From NCBI GenBank assembly GCA_011364975.1, contig RDOE01000018.1, forward strand, positions 1 to 47,231: DNA of 47,231 nucleotides, in the 5' to 3' direction. This DNA is from Promethearchaeota archaeon. Lineage in GTDB: Archaea; Asgardarchaeota; Lokiarchaeia; Sigyniarchaeales; SOKP01. The first letter of the stretch is position 1. Each line of letters begins with the position of its first letter. Under the pieces are notes generated by a model. That model saw only the letters and a list, made by a program, of their open reading frames with translations. It did no database searches and was not told where the DNA came from. This document shows positions 46,879 to 47,231 of the stretch, piece after piece. Position numbers and translations under genes: made by a program.

Positions 46879-47231
46879 TTACCTGTAATTTTTCTTTTTA
46901 ATATATCAATTCTTTCATTTATTCTCTTAAGTTGTTCACTCAAATTTTTAATATCCCTTGAAGTTCTTACTCTTTGAAGTTCAAGAAATTCTAGTTGTTC
47001 TTGTCCTGATTTCTCATCAAATCTATTTAAAATTAGATTAACGGGGTGAAGCTTATGTATGTCCTTGGGTAAAGTAGCCTTCTCTTCACCTAACATTGCA
47101 ATTTTCAGGGTTTCGAATGAGTTTTCGATTAAGTTCTTCTTTTCTAACATAATTCTTAAGGTTGATTGACCTTTCGGAGTGATTTCATATATTTTCCGAT
47201 TTCTTCCTTCAACTTGTTCTTCTTGGTAGGC
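46875..47231 (-). CDS. PadR-family transcriptional regulator (5' part outside the window)
   Basis: The frame is open to the window edge and reads AYQEEQVEGRNRKIYEITPKGQSTLRIMLEKK; RKxYxITxKG is the PadR wing motif. Confidence 0.8.
   Translation of the reverse strand, partial: AYQEEQVEGRNRKIYEITPKGQSTLRIMLEKKNLIENSFETLKIAMLGEEKATLPKDIHKLHPVNLILNRFDEKSGQEQLEFLELQRVRTSRDIKNLSEQLKRINERIDILKRKITGN

Noticed and set aside
1-47231. CRISPR arrays, tRNA genes, 16S/23S rRNA, transposases, selenoprotein UGA read-through
   Set aside because: None were seen on manual reading. The intergenic regions other than 21137-21348 are AT-rich with no regular repeats. A covariance-model scan would be needed to exclude small RNAs fully.

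Overview
AT-rich archaeal chromosomal segment, most likely from an Asgard archaeon of the Lokiarchaeia type. The assignment rests on two Rab-like GTPases with the WDFGGQ motif, a longin-roadblock protein and ribosomal protein eL22, alongside archaeal aIF-1A, aIF-2gamma, Spt5, TFS and form III RuBisCO. About 40 CDS cover housekeeping, redox/fatty-acid metabolism, signalling and ABC transport. I saw no CRISPR array, tRNA or mobile element. The standout is a 5S rRNA gene on the minus strand (21160-21308) encoded in circularly permuted order: 3' half, then a cUUCGg linker closing helix I, then the 5' half. It sits inside a processing stem with a bulge-helix-bulge/loop motif. Cutting that motif by the usual rule and ligating restores the conserved 5S sequence GAACCCGGAA|GUUAA exactly, which predicts a 149-nt spliced circular 5S rRNA that also carries an expansion hairpin. 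Other observations include an HhH-fused aIF-2gamma, large helical insertions in two ABC ATPases of one operon, apparent ATT and CTG start codons, and a PAS/GAF sensor with no output domain. All product calls come from motif recognition by eye; no database searches were run.
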